The translations under genes and the position numbers were made by a program. The notes beneath the pieces were generated by a model. That model did no database searches. It was not told where the DNA came from and was given only the letters and a program-made list of their open reading frames with translations. From a bacterium (GTDB lineage Bacteria > Zhuqueibacterota > Zhuqueibacteria > Residuimicrobiales > Krinioviventaceae), in contig CAXXFV010000008.1 of the NCBI GenBank assembly GCA_963674595.2, forward strand, positions 288,001 through 352,000: a stretch of 64,000 bases of DNA, read 5' to 3'. Shown here piece after piece: positions 13,500-25,164 of the stretch; position 1 is the stretch's first letter; every line of letters begins with the position of its first letter.

Positions 13500-13510
13500 T
13501 ATCGATAATT

Positions 13511-14161
13511 ATGAATACACTTTTTCGTTATATAAATATTTTTTTGGTTTTATTTTTATCAGGCTATGTTGCCTGTCATCAGCAGCAAAGCGATTCGGTA
13601 TCTGTAGACAAGGAAATAGAATTACCGGACCAGGAACTGTGGGACCTGGACTTAACAGCCACAAAAAAAGGTAATGTTGAGGCCAAAATAAAAGCCGGAC
13701 ACGGATCACGATTTTTAAAAAAAGCGATTGTAAAAATGGACCAGGGAGTTGTGGTTGATTTTTATGATGCTGACGGAAAACATAAATCCAAATTGACGGC
13801 TGAAAGAGGCGAATTGGATGAAAAGTCCAACGATGTAAGAGCAATGGACAATGTGGTGGTTGTTTCAGACAGTGGCTTGACCCTGTTTACTGAAGAACTG
13901 GCCTATGATCAACGGATGGGTAAAATTATATCAAATGTGGATGTTATGATTACCACAACCGAAAGTGATACTTTTTATGGTGTCGGATTTGAATCTGAAC
14001 CCGACCTTAGCGCCTGGCAGATGTTTGATTTTTCCGGAAAAACCCACAAGGGCCTGGATCTGTCAACGGACCGGTTTAAAAAAGACAAGAAAAAAGATAT
14101 AGATAGTTTGGATGTAAATACACCACCATCAGATAGTTTAACTGTTTCAAAGGAAGAATGA
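13511..14161 (+). CDS. lptC: LPS export protein LptC
   Basis: Position before lptA/lptB; VDFYD...LTAERG, LFTEEL, GVGFES beta-jellyroll pattern. Confidence 0.8.
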   Translation: MNTLFRYINIFLVLFLSGYVACHQQQSDSVSVDKEIELPDQELWDLDLTATKKGNVEAKIKAGHGSRFLKKAIVKMDQGVVVDFYDADGKHKSKLTAERGELDEKSNDVRAMDNVVVVSDSGLTLFTEELAYDQRMGKIISNVDVMITTTESDTFYGVGFESEPDLSAWQMFDFSGKTHKGLDLSTDRFKKDKKKDIDSLDVNTPPSDSLTVSKEE

Positions 14162-15387
14162 GAAACCCTGTTTTTAAAATTATTTTTTTCTGTATGTGTT
14201 GGGCATTATTTGTAACACATAATTTACCTGCAAATGATGTCAAGAGTAAAGAACGTTTATATCTCAAACATGCTGATCGTGTTATTGGTGAAACCGTCAA
14301 TAATGAATCTATAATGCGTTTGATTGGTAATGTGCATTTTTATCAGGAAAAAACGCAAATGTTTTGCGAAGAGGCTATACAGTATCAAAATTTAGGACGC
14401 ACCGATTTTATCGGCAATGTTAAAATTTTTGACGAACAAAAGACTTTAAAGGCCCGGTTTATTACATATTTTGAAGACACAAAAATCGCGGTTGCCAGAA
14501 ATCATGTGATATTTTTTGATTCTTCAAAAACGATTTTAGCGGACAGTTTAACTTATCATGAAGTGAATAGTCAGGTTATTGCAGATGGCAATGTTTTTTT
14601 AGCTGACTCTAGCGAGAATTCTTTTTTATCCGGTCAACATATAGACTATTTTATGGAAACAGGGTATGCGCTGGCAACTGAAGAACCTGTTTTTACACAA
14701 CAAGATACGCTGCCGGAAAATGTAATGGAAATTACAGGTAATAAAATTGAAATGTTTGATGATGGTGAAAAGTTTAAAGTTACACACAACGTCGTTGTAA
14801 CTCGAGGAGAAGTTACTGCCCATTGCGGAGAATTATTACTGTTGAAAGATAATAACCGGATTATTTTAACAATTTCTCCTGATGCTTTTCAGGGTGAAGA
14901 TTTTTTAACCGGAGAAACAATAGAACTGGAAATGAACAAATCCGAAATTGATGCTATTCATCTTATCGGTGATGCACTTGTCAGCTCAAAGGTTGACACT
15001 CTGGCAGAAAAGAAAAAATATGCCTATGATTTTCTTATAGGTGAAGATATTTACGTAAAGCTTGATCAAAATAAAATTAAAAAAGTAAATGTAAAAGGAA
15101 GGGCCACCAGTTATTATCATGCCCTTGAAAAAGGAGAGGAAAAAGGTTTAAACAAAGTTCAGGGTGATGAATTAATGATAACCTTTAACGATAATAAAAT
15201 GGAGAGTGTACAAATTAACAGCGCTCCAAGTTCTTCCAATGGTGTTTTTTATCCGCCTAAAAACCAATATATGTTGGAAAGTGAATTGGCAGAACTTTTA
15301 AATCGCCTAAAAACTCCGGCAGTTTATGACAGCAGTACGGAGGTAAACAACACAATTCATAAAATGGAAAAGATTCATGGATTCTGA
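14158..15387 (+). CDS. LptA/OstA-like LPS transport protein (long, repeated beta-jellyroll)
   Basis: Repeated GNV/ADS motifs; signal peptide; lies between lptC and lptB. Confidence 0.8.
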   Translation: MRNPVFKIIFFCMCWALFVTHNLPANDVKSKERLYLKHADRVIGETVNNESIMRLIGNVHFYQEKTQMFCEEAIQYQNLGRTDFIGNVKIFDEQKTLKARFITYFEDTKIAVARNHVIFFDSSKTILADSLTYHEVNSQVIADGNVFLADSSENSFLSGQHIDYFMETGYALATEEPVFTQQDTLPENVMEITGNKIEMFDDGEKFKVTHNVVVTRGEVTAHCGELLLLKDNNRIILTISPDAFQGEDFLTGETIELEMNKSEIDAIHLIGDALVSSKVDTLAEKKKYAYDFLIGEDIYVKLDQNKIKKVNVKGRATSYYHALEKGEEKGLNKVQGDELMITFNDNKMESVQINSAPSSSNGVFYPPKNQYMLESELAELLNRLKTPAVYDSSTEVNNTIHKMEKIHGF

Positions 15388-16117
15388 TTTACCGGTATTA
15401 CGGTCTGAAAAACTGGTTAAAATTTATGGAAAACGCCGCGTAGTTAATGATGTTAGCATCGAAATTCGGCAGGGTGAAATCGTCGGATTACTTGGACCAA
15501 ACGGCGCCGGTAAAACAACAACTTTTTATATGATTGTTGGTATGATAAAACCCAATTCCGGTCGTATTTTTTTAAATCAAAATAATATTACCGGAAAACC
15601 AATGTACCAAAGGGCCCGGCAGGGTATTTCATATTTACCCCAGGAAGCATCGGTGTTTCGTCAGTTAACGGTTGAACAAAATTTATTATCAATTTTGGAG
15701 ACTTTAAAAATTTCCAAAAAACAAAGACGAGAAAGAGCTGACCAGTTAATGGATGACCTGAGAGTCAGGCATTTGGCGAAAAATAAAGCCGTAACTCTTT
15801 CCGGTGGTGAACGGAGACGTGTTGAAATTTGCCGAGCTTTGGTAACAAATCCAAAGTTTATTTTGCTGGATGAACCTTTTGCCGGTGTTGACCCTATTGC
15901 CGTTGAAGATATTCAGCAAATAGTTGCTGATTTAAAAACCAAAGGTATTGGCGTTTTAATTACAGACCATAATGTTCACGAAACATTATCTATTACAGAC
16001 CGTGCTTATTTACTTTATGACGGGACTGTATTAAAGTCCGGTACTGCAGAATTTTTAGCTAATGACCCAGAAGCCAGAAAGAGATATCTTGGTGACAAGT
16101 TCAAGTTGGATCGCTAA
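15377..16117 (+). CDS. lptB: LPS export ABC ATPase
   Basis: [39 protein letters not shown]. Confidence 0.97.
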   Translation: MDSDLPVLRSEKLVKIYGKRRVVNDVSIEIRQGEIVGLLGPNGAGKTTTFYMIVGMIKPNSGRIFLNQNNITGKPMYQRARQGISYLPQEASVFRQLTVEQNLLSILETLKISKKQRRERADQLMDDLRVRHLAKNKAVTLSGGERRRVEICRALVTNPKFILLDEPFAGVDPIAVEDIQQIVADLKTKGIGVLITDHNVHETLSITDRAYLLYDGTVLKSGTAEFLANDPEARKRYLGDKFKLDR

Positions 16118-16223
16118 GCACTTAAAAGGCTATATAAACTCAAGAATATGAAAAAAATGTCGATAAATATATAAGGATTAGTGATGGGCATGTTGGTGTT
16201 ACAATGGGAAGAAGGGAGAATGA

Positions 16224-17645
16224 ATGGTTAGATTAGCACAAAGTCTTAATCTGCAAATGAAGCAGTCACCGCAACAGGTGCTGTTATCTTCTTTACTTCA
16301 GTTACCTGTTCTTAATTTGGAACAGAGAATAAGAATGGAAGTCGAAATAAATCCATTACTTGAGCTTGATATGGAAGAAGAGATGGAACAGGAAATGGAA
16401 GAAATGGACCAAAATCTTGAGCTCAAGGAAGAAAAAGATGAAGACGACGATGAGCAAATTGAAGCTGAAAAAGATGAAATAGATTGGGATGAAATATTAA
16501 ACGATGAAGATAATTACGAAATTCGTATCCCTAAAGAAAAAGACGCTGAAGTTTTTGAACGACCTGAAGTTTCTAAAGAAACATTAACTGACCACCTTTT
16601 AAGTCAGTTAAATATGTCAGAGTTGAGTGAAAAAGATATTATTATTGGTGAGCATCTTATTTGGAATATTGACAGCGGCGGATACCTTGCAAGTGACGTT
16701 GAGACAATCTCGGAAAACCTTGAGGCTGATGCTGATGATGTTGAACGAGTGTTGGCAATTATTCAACAATTTGATCCGCCCGGCATTGGGGCAAGAAATC
16801 TGCAGGAATGTTTGCTGATTCAACTTTTAGAACAAAAACCCATTAATGAGTTGGCAATTATTATTATTCGTGATCATTTTGATGATTTTAAAAACAAACG
16901 ATTTGAGCGTCTCGCCAAGGACCTGGACATTACGCTGGACGATATCCGTGATATTATGGACCTGATCGTTAAATTAAATCCAAAACCCGGAGAAGGTTAT
17001 GTTTCCTTTGAAAATAACTATATCGTTCCGGATTTGGAAGTTCGTCACGAAGATGGTGAATACAAAATTTTTATGAACGATTGGAACGTTCCGCAGCTTC
17101 GGATAAATAATGAATATCGAAAGATGATGCTTGATCGTAAAAAAACCAGCAAGGAAACCCGGGATTTTATTCGTCAAAGACTGGAATCAGCACGTTGGCT
17201 GATAAATTCCATTCACCAGCGCCGGGCTACCATTCTCAGGGCTATGGAAGCAATTATTGATAAACAGCGTGATTTTTTTGATAAGGGCCCGGAACATTTG
17301 AAGCCAATGATTCTTAAAGATATTGCTGAAGAAATTTATATGGACATTTCCACTATCAGCCGTGTGACCAATGGAAAATACGTTCAGACTGAATGGGGTA
17401 TTTTTGAACTAAAATACTTTTTCAGTGAAAAGATCAAGGCCGATGAAGGTGAAGATGTTTCCAATAAAAAAATTAAAGCGATTATCAAGGAAATAATTGA
17501 CTCTGAACCGCCTAAAAAACCGTTTAACGATCAAAAACTTTCCACAATGTTGAAAGAAAAAGGGTATAATGTAGCCCGTCGAACCGTAGCAAAATACCGG
17601 GAACAGATGTCTATTCCAGTATCACGTTTACGTCGAAAAATTTAA
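16224..17645 (+). CDS. rpoN: RNA polymerase sigma-54 factor
   Basis: RpoN box ARRTVAKYRE; DPPGIGARNLQECL; Gln/Leu-rich region I. Confidence 0.97.
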   Translation: MVRLAQSLNLQMKQSPQQVLLSSLLQLPVLNLEQRIRMEVEINPLLELDMEEEMEQEMEEMDQNLELKEEKDEDDDEQIEAEKDEIDWDEILNDEDNYEIRIPKEKDAEVFERPEVSKETLTDHLLSQLNMSELSEKDIIIGEHLIWNIDSGGYLASDVETISENLEADADDVERVLAIIQQFDPPGIGARNLQECLLIQLLEQKPINELAIIIIRDHFDDFKNKRFERLAKDLDITLDDIRDIMDLIVKLNPKPGEGYVSFENNYIVPDLEVRHEDGEYKIFMNDWNVPQLRINNEYRKMMLDRKKTSKETRDFIRQRLESARWLINSIHQRRATILRAMEAIIDKQRDFFDKGPEHLKPMILKDIAEEIYMDISTISRVTNGKYVQTEWGIFELKYFFSEKIKADEGEDVSNKKIKAIIKEIIDSEPPKKPFNDQKLSTMLKEKGYNVARRTVAKYREQMSIPVSRLRRKI

Positions 17646-17674
17646 CAATCATGATTGTAATGGAAAGGACAAAC

Positions 17675-18220
17675 ATGAATTCTCGCAATGAATTTCGTGC
17701 GACAACCGTTCTTGGACTCCGTCATAAAGGCATGGTTGTGCTGGCCGGTGATGGACAAGTTACCTACGGTGATACTATCTTAAAAAGCAAAGCCAAAAAA
17801 GTTCGCAAATTATATAATGATAAAGTACTGGCCGGGTTTGCCGGTGCAGCGGCTGATGCATTCAGCCTTTTTGAACGCTTTGAAGAAAAATTGGAAGAAT
17901 TTAATGGAAACATGAGCCGTTCTGTTGTGGAACTGGCCAAAGACTGGCGTACCGACAGATACCTGAGACGCCTGGATGCACAACTGGCAGTGTTGGACGA
18001 AAAGCATATCTTTTTGATTTCCGGTACAGGTGATCTTATCGAACCGGATGATAATGTTGTGGCAATCGGCTCAGGAGCCCCTTTTGCACTCATTGCAGCC
18101 AGGGCTTTAATGAAACATTCCAAACTTGATGCCGTTAAAATAGCAAAAGAGGCCATGGAAATGGCCGCATCATTGTGTATTTTTACCAATGATAATATTA
18201 CAATTCAGACATTAGAATAA
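17675..18220 (+). CDS. hslV: ATP-dependent protease subunit HslV
   Basis: ATTVL catalytic Thr, GDGQVT, AKDWRTDRYLRRL, IGSG. Confidence 0.96.
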   Translation: MNSRNEFRATTVLGLRHKGMVVLAGDGQVTYGDTILKSKAKKVRKLYNDKVLAGFAGAAADAFSLFERFEEKLEEFNGNMSRSVVELAKDWRTDRYLRRLDAQLAVLDEKHIFLISGTGDLIEPDDNVVAIGSGAPFALIAARALMKHSKLDAVKIAKEAMEMAASLCIFTNDNITIQTLE

Positions 18221-18250
18221 TTTAGCCTTTAGACAAGAGGTATACTATAA

Positions 18251-19612
18251 ATGGAAATGGTTCCAAAGGAAATTGTTGCAGAATTAGATAAATATATAAT
18301 CGGGCAGGACAAGGCCAAACGGTCTGTTGCCATTGCACTTCGTAATCGCTGGCGCCGGCAGCAGGTACCTTATGAGTTGCGTGAAGAAATTGTTCCTAAC
18401 AATATTATTTTAATTGGCTCTACAGGTGTTGGTAAAACAGAACTGGCACGTCGTTTGGCCAAACTGGGAAATGCGCCTTTTATTAAAGTTGAAGCCTCCA
18501 AGTTTACCGAGGTTGGATATGTCGGCCGCGATGTAGAGACTATTATTCGTGATCTTGTTGATCTATCTGTTAATATTGTTCGCAGTGAAGTCATCGAGTC
18601 TGTTCAGGACCAGGCTGAAGAAGCAGCCGTTGAAACGCTGCTGAACCTTTTATTGCCGCCCACGCCTTTTTCTTCCAATGAAGACGCGGAAGAAGATGAA
18701 ATTAAAAAACGCAAAGCCTATGAAGAAAAGAGAAAAAGAAGCAGAGAAAAAATTCTAAAACAATTGGACGAAGGCAAACTTGACAACCGCACGGTTGAAC
18801 TTGAGGTCCCGGCTGATGTAACACCGTTGATGCAGATTATTTCCCCAATCGGTATTGAGGAAATGGGCCTGAATATACAGGACCTGCTTGGACCAATAAT
18901 GCCGACGAAATCCAAAAAACGCCGTATGACGGTGCCTGAGGCTTTGGTCTATTTGCACCAGGAAGAAACACATAAACTGATTGATATGGAAGAGGTCGTC
19001 CGTGAGGCTATTAATCGAGTTGAAGAGTCCGGCATTGTTTTTTTGGATGAAATTGATAAAGTGGCTGGTGAAAACGGCGGCGCCGGACCGGATATTTCCC
19101 GTGAAGGTGTGCAGCGGGATTTATTACCTGTTATTGAAGGGACGAATGTTGTTACAAAATATGGAATGGTAAGAACAGATCATGTTTTGTTTATTGCTTC
19201 CGGTGCTTTTCATGTATCCAAACCGTCGGATTTGATACCGGAATTGCAGGGTCGTTTTCCTATTCGCGTTGAATTACAGACATTAACAGCCGAAGATTTT
19301 GAACGTATTTTAGTAGAACCAAAAAATGCTTTGATAAAGCAATATATTGCACTTGTGGAAACTGAAAATGTTAAAATGAAATTTACCAACGGTGCGGTTA
19401 AAGAAATTGCCAAATTGGCTTATGAGGTGAACCAAAAAGCAGAAGACATTGGTGCACGCCGGCTGCATACGGTTATGAGTATTCTTTTGGAAAGTGTGCT
19501 GTTTGATTTACCAAACAAAGAAACCAGTTCCATAACCGTAACAAAAAATATGGTTCGTGAAAATTTAAAAGATGTTATACAGGATGAAGACCTGGGACGA
19601 TATATTTTGTGA
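18251..19612 (+). CDS. hslU: ATP-dependent protease ATPase HslU
   Basis: [35 protein letters not shown]. Confidence 0.97.
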   Translation: MEMVPKEIVAELDKYIIGQDKAKRSVAIALRNRWRRQQVPYELREEIVPNNIILIGSTGVGKTELARRLAKLGNAPFIKVEASKFTEVGYVGRDVETIIRDLVDLSVNIVRSEVIESVQDQAEEAAVETLLNLLLPPTPFSSNEDAEEDEIKKRKAYEEKRKRSREKILKQLDEGKLDNRTVELEVPADVTPLMQIISPIGIEEMGLNIQDLLGPIMPTKSKKRRMTVPEALVYLHQEETHKLIDMEEVVREAINRVEESGIVFLDEIDKVAGENGGAGPDISREGVQRDLLPVIEGTNVVTKYGMVRTDHVLFIASGAFHVSKPSDLIPELQGRFPIRVELQTLTAEDFERILVEPKNALIKQYIALVETENVKMKFTNGAVKEIAKLAYEVNQKAEDIGARRLHTVMSILLESVLFDLPNKETSSITVTKNMVRENLKDVIQDEDLGRYIL

Positions 19613-19631
19613 TCTGTAGGAGGATAAAATT

Positions 19632-20543
19632 GTGAAAAAAGATTTTCTTGTTATAACGGATTTTTCAGCAGATGAAATTAAAAATGTTTTCAAGCTGGCT
19701 GCTGATTTGAAAGATAAAACAAAGAAAAAAATTGAACATCATGTTTTAAAAGGCCAAACATTGGCCATGCTCTTTCAAAAGCCTTCCACACGTACCCGGG
19801 TATCTTTTGAAGTCGGCATGTATCAACTCGGCGGGCATGCTTTATACCTGAGCCCGAATGAAGTCGGATTGGGAAAGAGGGAATCTGCAGCCGATGTGGC
19901 GCGTGTTCTGGCCCGGTTTTGTGACGGCATTATGGCACGTGTTTTTGGACATAACATTGTCACAGAATTAGGCGAGTTTGCCCCTGTCCCTGTTATTAAC
20001 GGGCTTTCCGATCTGGCGCATCCATGTCAAATTATGGGTGATTATTTAACGCTTATAGAGCATAAAGGTCATTCGGATGAGTTTAAAATTGCCTATATCG
20101 GAGATGGAAATAATGTAGCGAATTCATGGATAAATTTGGCAAGCAGAATTCCTATGTCGTTGAGAATAGGGTGCCCGCAAGGGTATGAACCGGATTCGCA
20201 AATTTTGAAAAATGCTGATAAAGATGGCGTTAGTGAAGTTATTGTTACAGATGATCCTTTTGAGGCGGTTAAAGGAGCGGATGTCGTTTATACTGATGTT
20301 TGGGCAAGCATGGGTCAGGAAGAAGAAGCTGCCTCACGCAATAAATTATTCCGGCCTTATCAGGTAAATTCAAAGCTTATGTCACACGCAGATGCAGATG
20401 CAATCGTCATGCATTGTTTACCGGCACATCGCGGTGACGAAATTACCGATGAGGTTATGGATAGTCCGCAATCCGTTGTATTTGATGAAGCTGAAAACAG
20501 ACTTCATATTCAAAAAGCAATTATGGTAACGTTGATGCAGTAA
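19632..20543 (+). CDS. argF: Ornithine carbamoyltransferase
   Basis: STRTR, HPCQ, DVWASMG, HCLP. Confidence 0.95.
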   Translation: MKKDFLVITDFSADEIKNVFKLAADLKDKTKKKIEHHVLKGQTLAMLFQKPSTRTRVSFEVGMYQLGGHALYLSPNEVGLGKRESAADVARVLARFCDGIMARVFGHNIVTELGEFAPVPVINGLSDLAHPCQIMGDYLTLIEHKGHSDEFKIAYIGDGNNVANSWINLASRIPMSLRIGCPQGYEPDSQILKNADKDGVSEVIVTDDPFEAVKGADVVYTDVWASMGQEEEAASRNKLFRPYQVNSKLMSHADADAIVMHCLPAHRGDEITDEVMDSPQSVVFDEAENRLHIQKAIMVTLMQ

Positions 20544-20566
20544 GGATAGAAATTGAGGATGGTTCT

Positions 20567-21541
20567 TTGACTATGGAAATCAAATTATATAATGATGATT
20601 TGAAGAAAGAATGGGAAGATTTTGTGTGGTCTGCCAATAACGGCACTATATTTCATACTCGTAAATTTTTGTCCTATCACCCCAAAGACCGCTTTATAGA
20701 CCATTCGCTTATGTTTTTTAAAAAAGGCAAGTGCATTGCCCTGTTGCCGGCTGTTGATTTTTCAAATAATGGTGAGCGAACGTTGATTTCCCATCGCGGC
20801 GCATCTTATGGCAGTTTTGTTGTTAATGATACTCTTCCCATTAAGGACGCCTTTGAAATTGTTGATGCTTTTTTGAAATATGTAAAGTCTGTCGGATTTG
20901 ATGCGGTTGATATAACACCTCCTCCTCAAATATATATGCGGCGACCGTGTAATTATATTGATTTTGCGTTGGTGCAAAACGGTTTTACCTACCGCAAACG
21001 TGAAATTTCAAGTGTTGTTCCGCTGGATTTTACTCAGGACGAGATTCTTTCGACGTTTAATGAAGGTTCCAGGCGGGCCGTAAGACGGGCGCAAAAACTT
21101 GGCGTTGTTGTTCGCGAATCGGATGACTATGAACGTTTTTTCCAGATTTTGAAAAAGAACCTTAAATTACGACATAATGTATCGCCGACACACACGCTGG
21201 AAGAAATGAGGCTTTTGCAGTCACTCTTTCCGGACCGGATTAAACTTTTTGCCGCCTATCATGATGATATTATGGTGTCCGGTGTTGTTATGTTTATTTG
21301 TAATCCGCGTGTTGTGCTGGCATTTTATATAAGCCACGATGATGATTATCAACAATATCGGGGTGTCAATTTTCTGTTTCATGAAATTATTAAATGGGGT
21401 ATCTCCTCAGGCTATGGATTTCTTGATTTTGGGATTTTTACCGTTAATGAAGATCCGAACTGGGGATTGGCCCGGTTTAAAGAAAGTTTTGGGGCCCAGG
21501 GCGTTTTTCGTGACAGCCTCAAGCTGGTATTATCAACCTAA
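20567..21541 (+). CDS. GNAT/FemAB-like acyltransferase
   Basis: NGTIFH, RRAVRRA, LDFG...GLARFKESFG. Confidence 0.75.
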   Translation: MTMEIKLYNDDLKKEWEDFVWSANNGTIFHTRKFLSYHPKDRFIDHSLMFFKKGKCIALLPAVDFSNNGERTLISHRGASYGSFVVNDTLPIKDAFEIVDAFLKYVKSVGFDAVDITPPPQIYMRRPCNYIDFALVQNGFTYRKREISSVVPLDFTQDEILSTFNEGSRRAVRRAQKLGVVVRESDDYERFFQILKKNLKLRHNVSPTHTLEEMRLLQSLFPDRIKLFAAYHDDIMVSGVVMFICNPRVVLAFYISHDDDYQQYRGVNFLFHEIIKWGISSGYGFLDFGIFTVNEDPNWGLARFKESFGAQGVFRDSLKLVLST

Positions 21542-21552
21542 AGGCTGGTATA

Positions 21553-22629
21553 TTGAAACGCCCCCGAATATTGCATATTGCCCCAACAAATATTTCAGGT
21601 GTACCCGGGCAATTGGTCCAAACAGAAAAACAACTTGGCTTTGACAGCCGGCTTGTGACACTGTTTCGTGATAAACGCAATTATTTTGAAGATATTTGCC
21701 TGAACCTGCCCTTTATTGATTTTTTCGGTACAAAGTTGATTAAAAAGTTTGTTTCTTCTCCGGAAAAGTGCCGGGTTACAAATACAATCAAAGTGCCGGA
21801 AAAAATCCCTGTTGAATGGCGGCCTCATAATATTTTTGAACATTACCTGGTAAATTTTCGGGATTTTATTTGGAAAGATAAAATTGAAAACGCCATTCAA
21901 AAATATCATCTCAAGGAATATGACGTGCTGCAGCTTGATGGCGGATTGGGTTTTTATCGGAATTCCGGATTTGTTATAGAGCAGAAAAAAGACGGAAAGA
22001 AAATAATTTGCTGTTATACAGGTAGTGATCTGCGAACACGCGGTGTCATACCATCCATTGATAAAAATAGCGATTTGAATGTATCCGTTGAATTTGACCA
22101 TTTAAAACTGCATCCAAATATCCATCATGTTTTTTTCCCTTTTGATTGCGGACCGATAAAAAAGCAAGAGCAAACTGATCATTCCAGGATACGCATCGGC
22201 CATGCACCGACCAACCGGCAGGCTAAAGGAAGTGACGTTATTTTACAGGTTTTAAATGAACTTGGTTCTTATAATATTGAAATAGTCCTGATTGAAAATT
22301 TGCCCTATGAAAAAGCGCTTGAACTAAAAAGAACATGTGATATTTTTATCGATCAAATTGGTGATTTGGGGTATGGAATAAATTCCCTGGAATCTTTGGC
22401 AATGGGAATTCCAACATGTTCCTGTTTGGCCCCCGGTTTTGAAGCGCATTATCCGGACCACCCGTTTGTTGTTATTAACGCTGAAAATTTGAAAGAGCAA
22501 GTCACCGAATTAATTTTAAATAAAGACCTGCGTCGTGAATTATCGGCAAAAGGACGGGAGTGGGTTGAACATAATCATAGTGCTGTTCGAACTGTTGAAA
22601 AAATACATCGTTTAGCCGGTATAGTCTGA
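21553..22629 (+). CDS. GT-B glycosyltransferase
   Basis: HAPTNRQAKG, DIFIDQ, SLESLAMGIP. Confidence 0.8.
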   Translation: MKRPRILHIAPTNISGVPGQLVQTEKQLGFDSRLVTLFRDKRNYFEDICLNLPFIDFFGTKLIKKFVSSPEKCRVTNTIKVPEKIPVEWRPHNIFEHYLVNFRDFIWKDKIENAIQKYHLKEYDVLQLDGGLGFYRNSGFVIEQKKDGKKIICCYTGSDLRTRGVIPSIDKNSDLNVSVEFDHLKLHPNIHHVFFPFDCGPIKKQEQTDHSRIRIGHAPTNRQAKGSDVILQVLNELGSYNIEIVLIENLPYEKALELKRTCDIFIDQIGDLGYGINSLESLAMGIPTCSCLAPGFEAHYPDHPFVVINAENLKEQVTELILNKDLRRELSAKGREWVEHNHSAVRTVEKIHRLAGIV

Positions 22630-22640
22630 AAAATTTTATA

Positions 22641-23769
22641 ATGGCAGATCAAAAACGAAAACTTGAATTATTATTTTTAAACTCTATTCAGATGTGGGGC
22701 GGCGCTGAAGTCTGGTTAATGGATGTGATGCATGGACTGGAACAGCGCGGACACTCTGTTTCACTTGTATGCCGTCCAAATACCCTTCTGGAAAAGAATG
22801 CCAAAGCGCAGGGATTTCGGGTTTTTCCTGTTAAAATGAAAGGTGATTTTGATCCGGTTACCATTTTTCAAATATATGAAATAATAAAAAAGAACCGAAT
22901 TCAGGTTTTAAGTACAAATATGGATAAAGAGCTTCGGTTGGCAGGGATTGCCGCTAAATTAGCCGGCAATGTTAAAGTTGTTCCTTCCAGGGAAGTGGAT
23001 TATCCGTTAAAAAACAAGTTGAGGGTACCGGTTTACTTATAATTTTCTTGCTGATTATGTTTTGGCAAATTCCAATTCAACAAAACAAACATTGCTTAAA
23101 GAGGCACCCTGGCTGGACTCAAACCGTATTGAGGTTGTTTATAAGGGAGTGGACCCCGGACCTTATCTTGAAAATGCAGATAAAGGATTGCGCTTTCGTG
23201 AATCATTAGGTATTTCCAAGGAATCACCTGTCATTGGTTTTGTCGGACAAATTATCGAACGAAAAGGAATTCCGGATATTATTAAATCTATTCCTCTTGT
23301 TCTTGAAAAATTGCCAAATGCCAGGTTTTTATTTGCCGGTGAAGGCATTTTAGCTGATTTTTTAAATTCGGAAATCAAAAAAAACGGCTGGGAAAATTCT
23401 GTTACCAATCTTGGCTTTTGTAAAGAAATTCCGGCATTAATGAAGGCGTTGGATGTTTTATTGTTGCCGTCAATCGTTGAAGGATTTGGCTATGTTTTGG
23501 TTGAGGCTATGCTTGCCGCAAAACCGGTTGTTGCTACAAACGTCAGCAGTATCCCGGAAATTGTGGAGGATAATAAAACCGGCATCCTGATACCGGTTCA
23601 TGCACCTCAGCAGTTGGCGGATTCGATTGTTAAAATTCTCTCTGATGATAAAGTATTAAAAAATATGGGAGAAAATGGCAAACAAAGAGCGTTACACAAT
23701 TTTACATTAAAGTCTATGTTGGACCATATCGAGTCTGTGTTTTTATCCATAACCGGAAATTGTAAATGA
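22641..23769 (+). pseudogene. GT4 glycosyltransferase split by a +1 frameshift (or a sequencing error)
   Basis: N-half (GGAEVW) 22641-23042 and C-half (EGFGYVLVEAM) 23062-23769 join in frame if one G is removed from GGG at 23023-23025, giving ...KLRYRFTYNFLADYVLANS... Confidence 0.85.
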
Positions 23770-24542
23770 GCGATAATTCTCAAAATAAACTTTCCGTGAT
23801 TATGATCGTTAAAAACGAGGCGCACCAGATTGAAAGGACACTAAAAAGTGTTGCATGGGCTGATGAAATAGTTGTTGTTGATGCTTTTAGTGATGACAAT
23901 ACCATATCGATTTGTAAAAAATATACGGATAAAGTTTTTCAATACGAATGGATTAATTTTAGTGTCCAACGACAGCGTTCATTACGTCATGCAACCCATT
24001 CATGGGTTTTAAGTATTGATGCAGATGAAGTTGTTTCTGAAGCGCTGGCTCAGGAGATTCAACATCTTTTAGAAAATAAACCGAAAGCCAATGGATACCG
24101 AGTCCCCAGGAAAACCTGGTATATGGACCGTTGGTTGGAATACACCTGGTTTCCTGATTATCAATTGCGATTGTTTCACAAAGATGATGCATTTATTGAA
24201 AATAAAGATGTTCATGAAGGATTTTCCGTAAAAGGAAACGTTGATAAACTGGAAGGTATTTTATATCATTATTCATATCAATCCGTTGAGAACCATGTTG
24301 AAAAAATAAATCAATATACCACATTAGAGGTTGTTGCCAAGCTTGAAAGATTAAACGGAAGAAAACCGAAATGGTATCATTTGGTATTTAATCCATTATC
24401 TACTTTTATTAAACTCTTCTGGTTTAAAAAAGGTTATAAAGATGGTCTGCCTGGTTTTATTCTGGCTTTAATGTCAGCTTTTTATACTCAATTGTTATAT
24501 GCAAAGACAATAGAAAAAAGTCGAATGAAAGACTCGGTGTAA
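23766..24542 (+). CDS. GT2 glycosyltransferase (WaaE-like)
   Basis: IVKNE, VVDAFSDD, SIDADE, DVHE. Confidence 0.88.
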   Translation: MSDNSQNKLSVIMIVKNEAHQIERTLKSVAWADEIVVVDAFSDDNTISICKKYTDKVFQYEWINFSVQRQRSLRHATHSWVLSIDADEVVSEALAQEIQHLLENKPKANGYRVPRKTWYMDRWLEYTWFPDYQLRLFHKDDAFIENKDVHEGFSVKGNVDKLEGILYHYSYQSVENHVEKINQYTTLEVVAKLERLNGRKPKWYHLVFNPLSTFIKLFWFKKGYKDGLPGFILALMSAFYTQLLYAKTIEKSRMKDSV

Positions 24543-24829
24543 ATAGCATTCATTTTACGGAATTGATTTTTTAAAAAATCTGTTTGGCTAATAAAGGCAA
24601 TTTTACGTAACATCATGTTAAATAAATGCACTTTTTATTAAAAAAAATGCATCGAATTAAAATTATTGTTTGCATGTTTTTATTTTTCGATTATATTCTT
24701 ACAAACAGGGATTTAATAGGATGAAACAAGAGAAATTATCAAGTAAAAAAAATGTTGCATATTTTAAATCCATTTAATATTTTACGCCGCAAAAAAGCAT
24801 ATGAACTATAAAAATTCAGAGAGGGAAAG

Positions 24830-25129
24830 ATGATTAACGAATCTTTCATTGAAGAAGAAAAAATTGATCCTGCCACTTTTCAGGAAGATGTGGAAGAACC
24901 CGAGTTTGAAGAAGAACCTGAAGAACCTGATGAAGATTGGGAGGATGATGTGGATGAAGAATGGAAGCCTGATTCTGAAACTCCTGATACGGAAGAGGTG
25001 GAAGAAGAGGATGAAGATTGGGATGAAGAATATTGGGACGATGACGATGATGTAGAAGAATGGGAAGAATCTGAAGAAGATTGGTTGGAAGGATCTCCCG
25101 AATGGGAAGGTGATAATGATTGGGAATAG
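24830..25129 (+). CDS. Extremely acidic, Trp-rich small protein of unknown function
   Basis: 99 aa, ~56 D/E, 2 K, 0 R, 8 W (hand count); purine-rich RBS GAGGG; promoter-like TTGCAT-N17-TATTTT at 24755-24783. Confidence 0.7.
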   Translation: MINESFIEEEKIDPATFQEDVEEPEFEEEPEEPDEDWEDDVDEEWKPDSETPDTEEVEEEDEDWDEEYWDDDDDVEEWEESEEDWLEGSPEWEGDNDWE

Positions 25130-25164
25130 AACCAATTTAAATATTTATTAAGACGATTAACGTA

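Noticed and set aside
24583-24600. TTGGCTAATAAAGGCAA as a sigma-54 promoter
   Set aside because: GG-to-GC spacing is 9 nt rather than 10, and the flanks fit poorly
24806-25135. Minus-strand 109-aa Phe/Ile-rich ORF and the alternative + frame ORF 24849-25055
   Set aside because: Shadows of the GAA/GAT-rich acidic ORF, which has the RBS and promoter context
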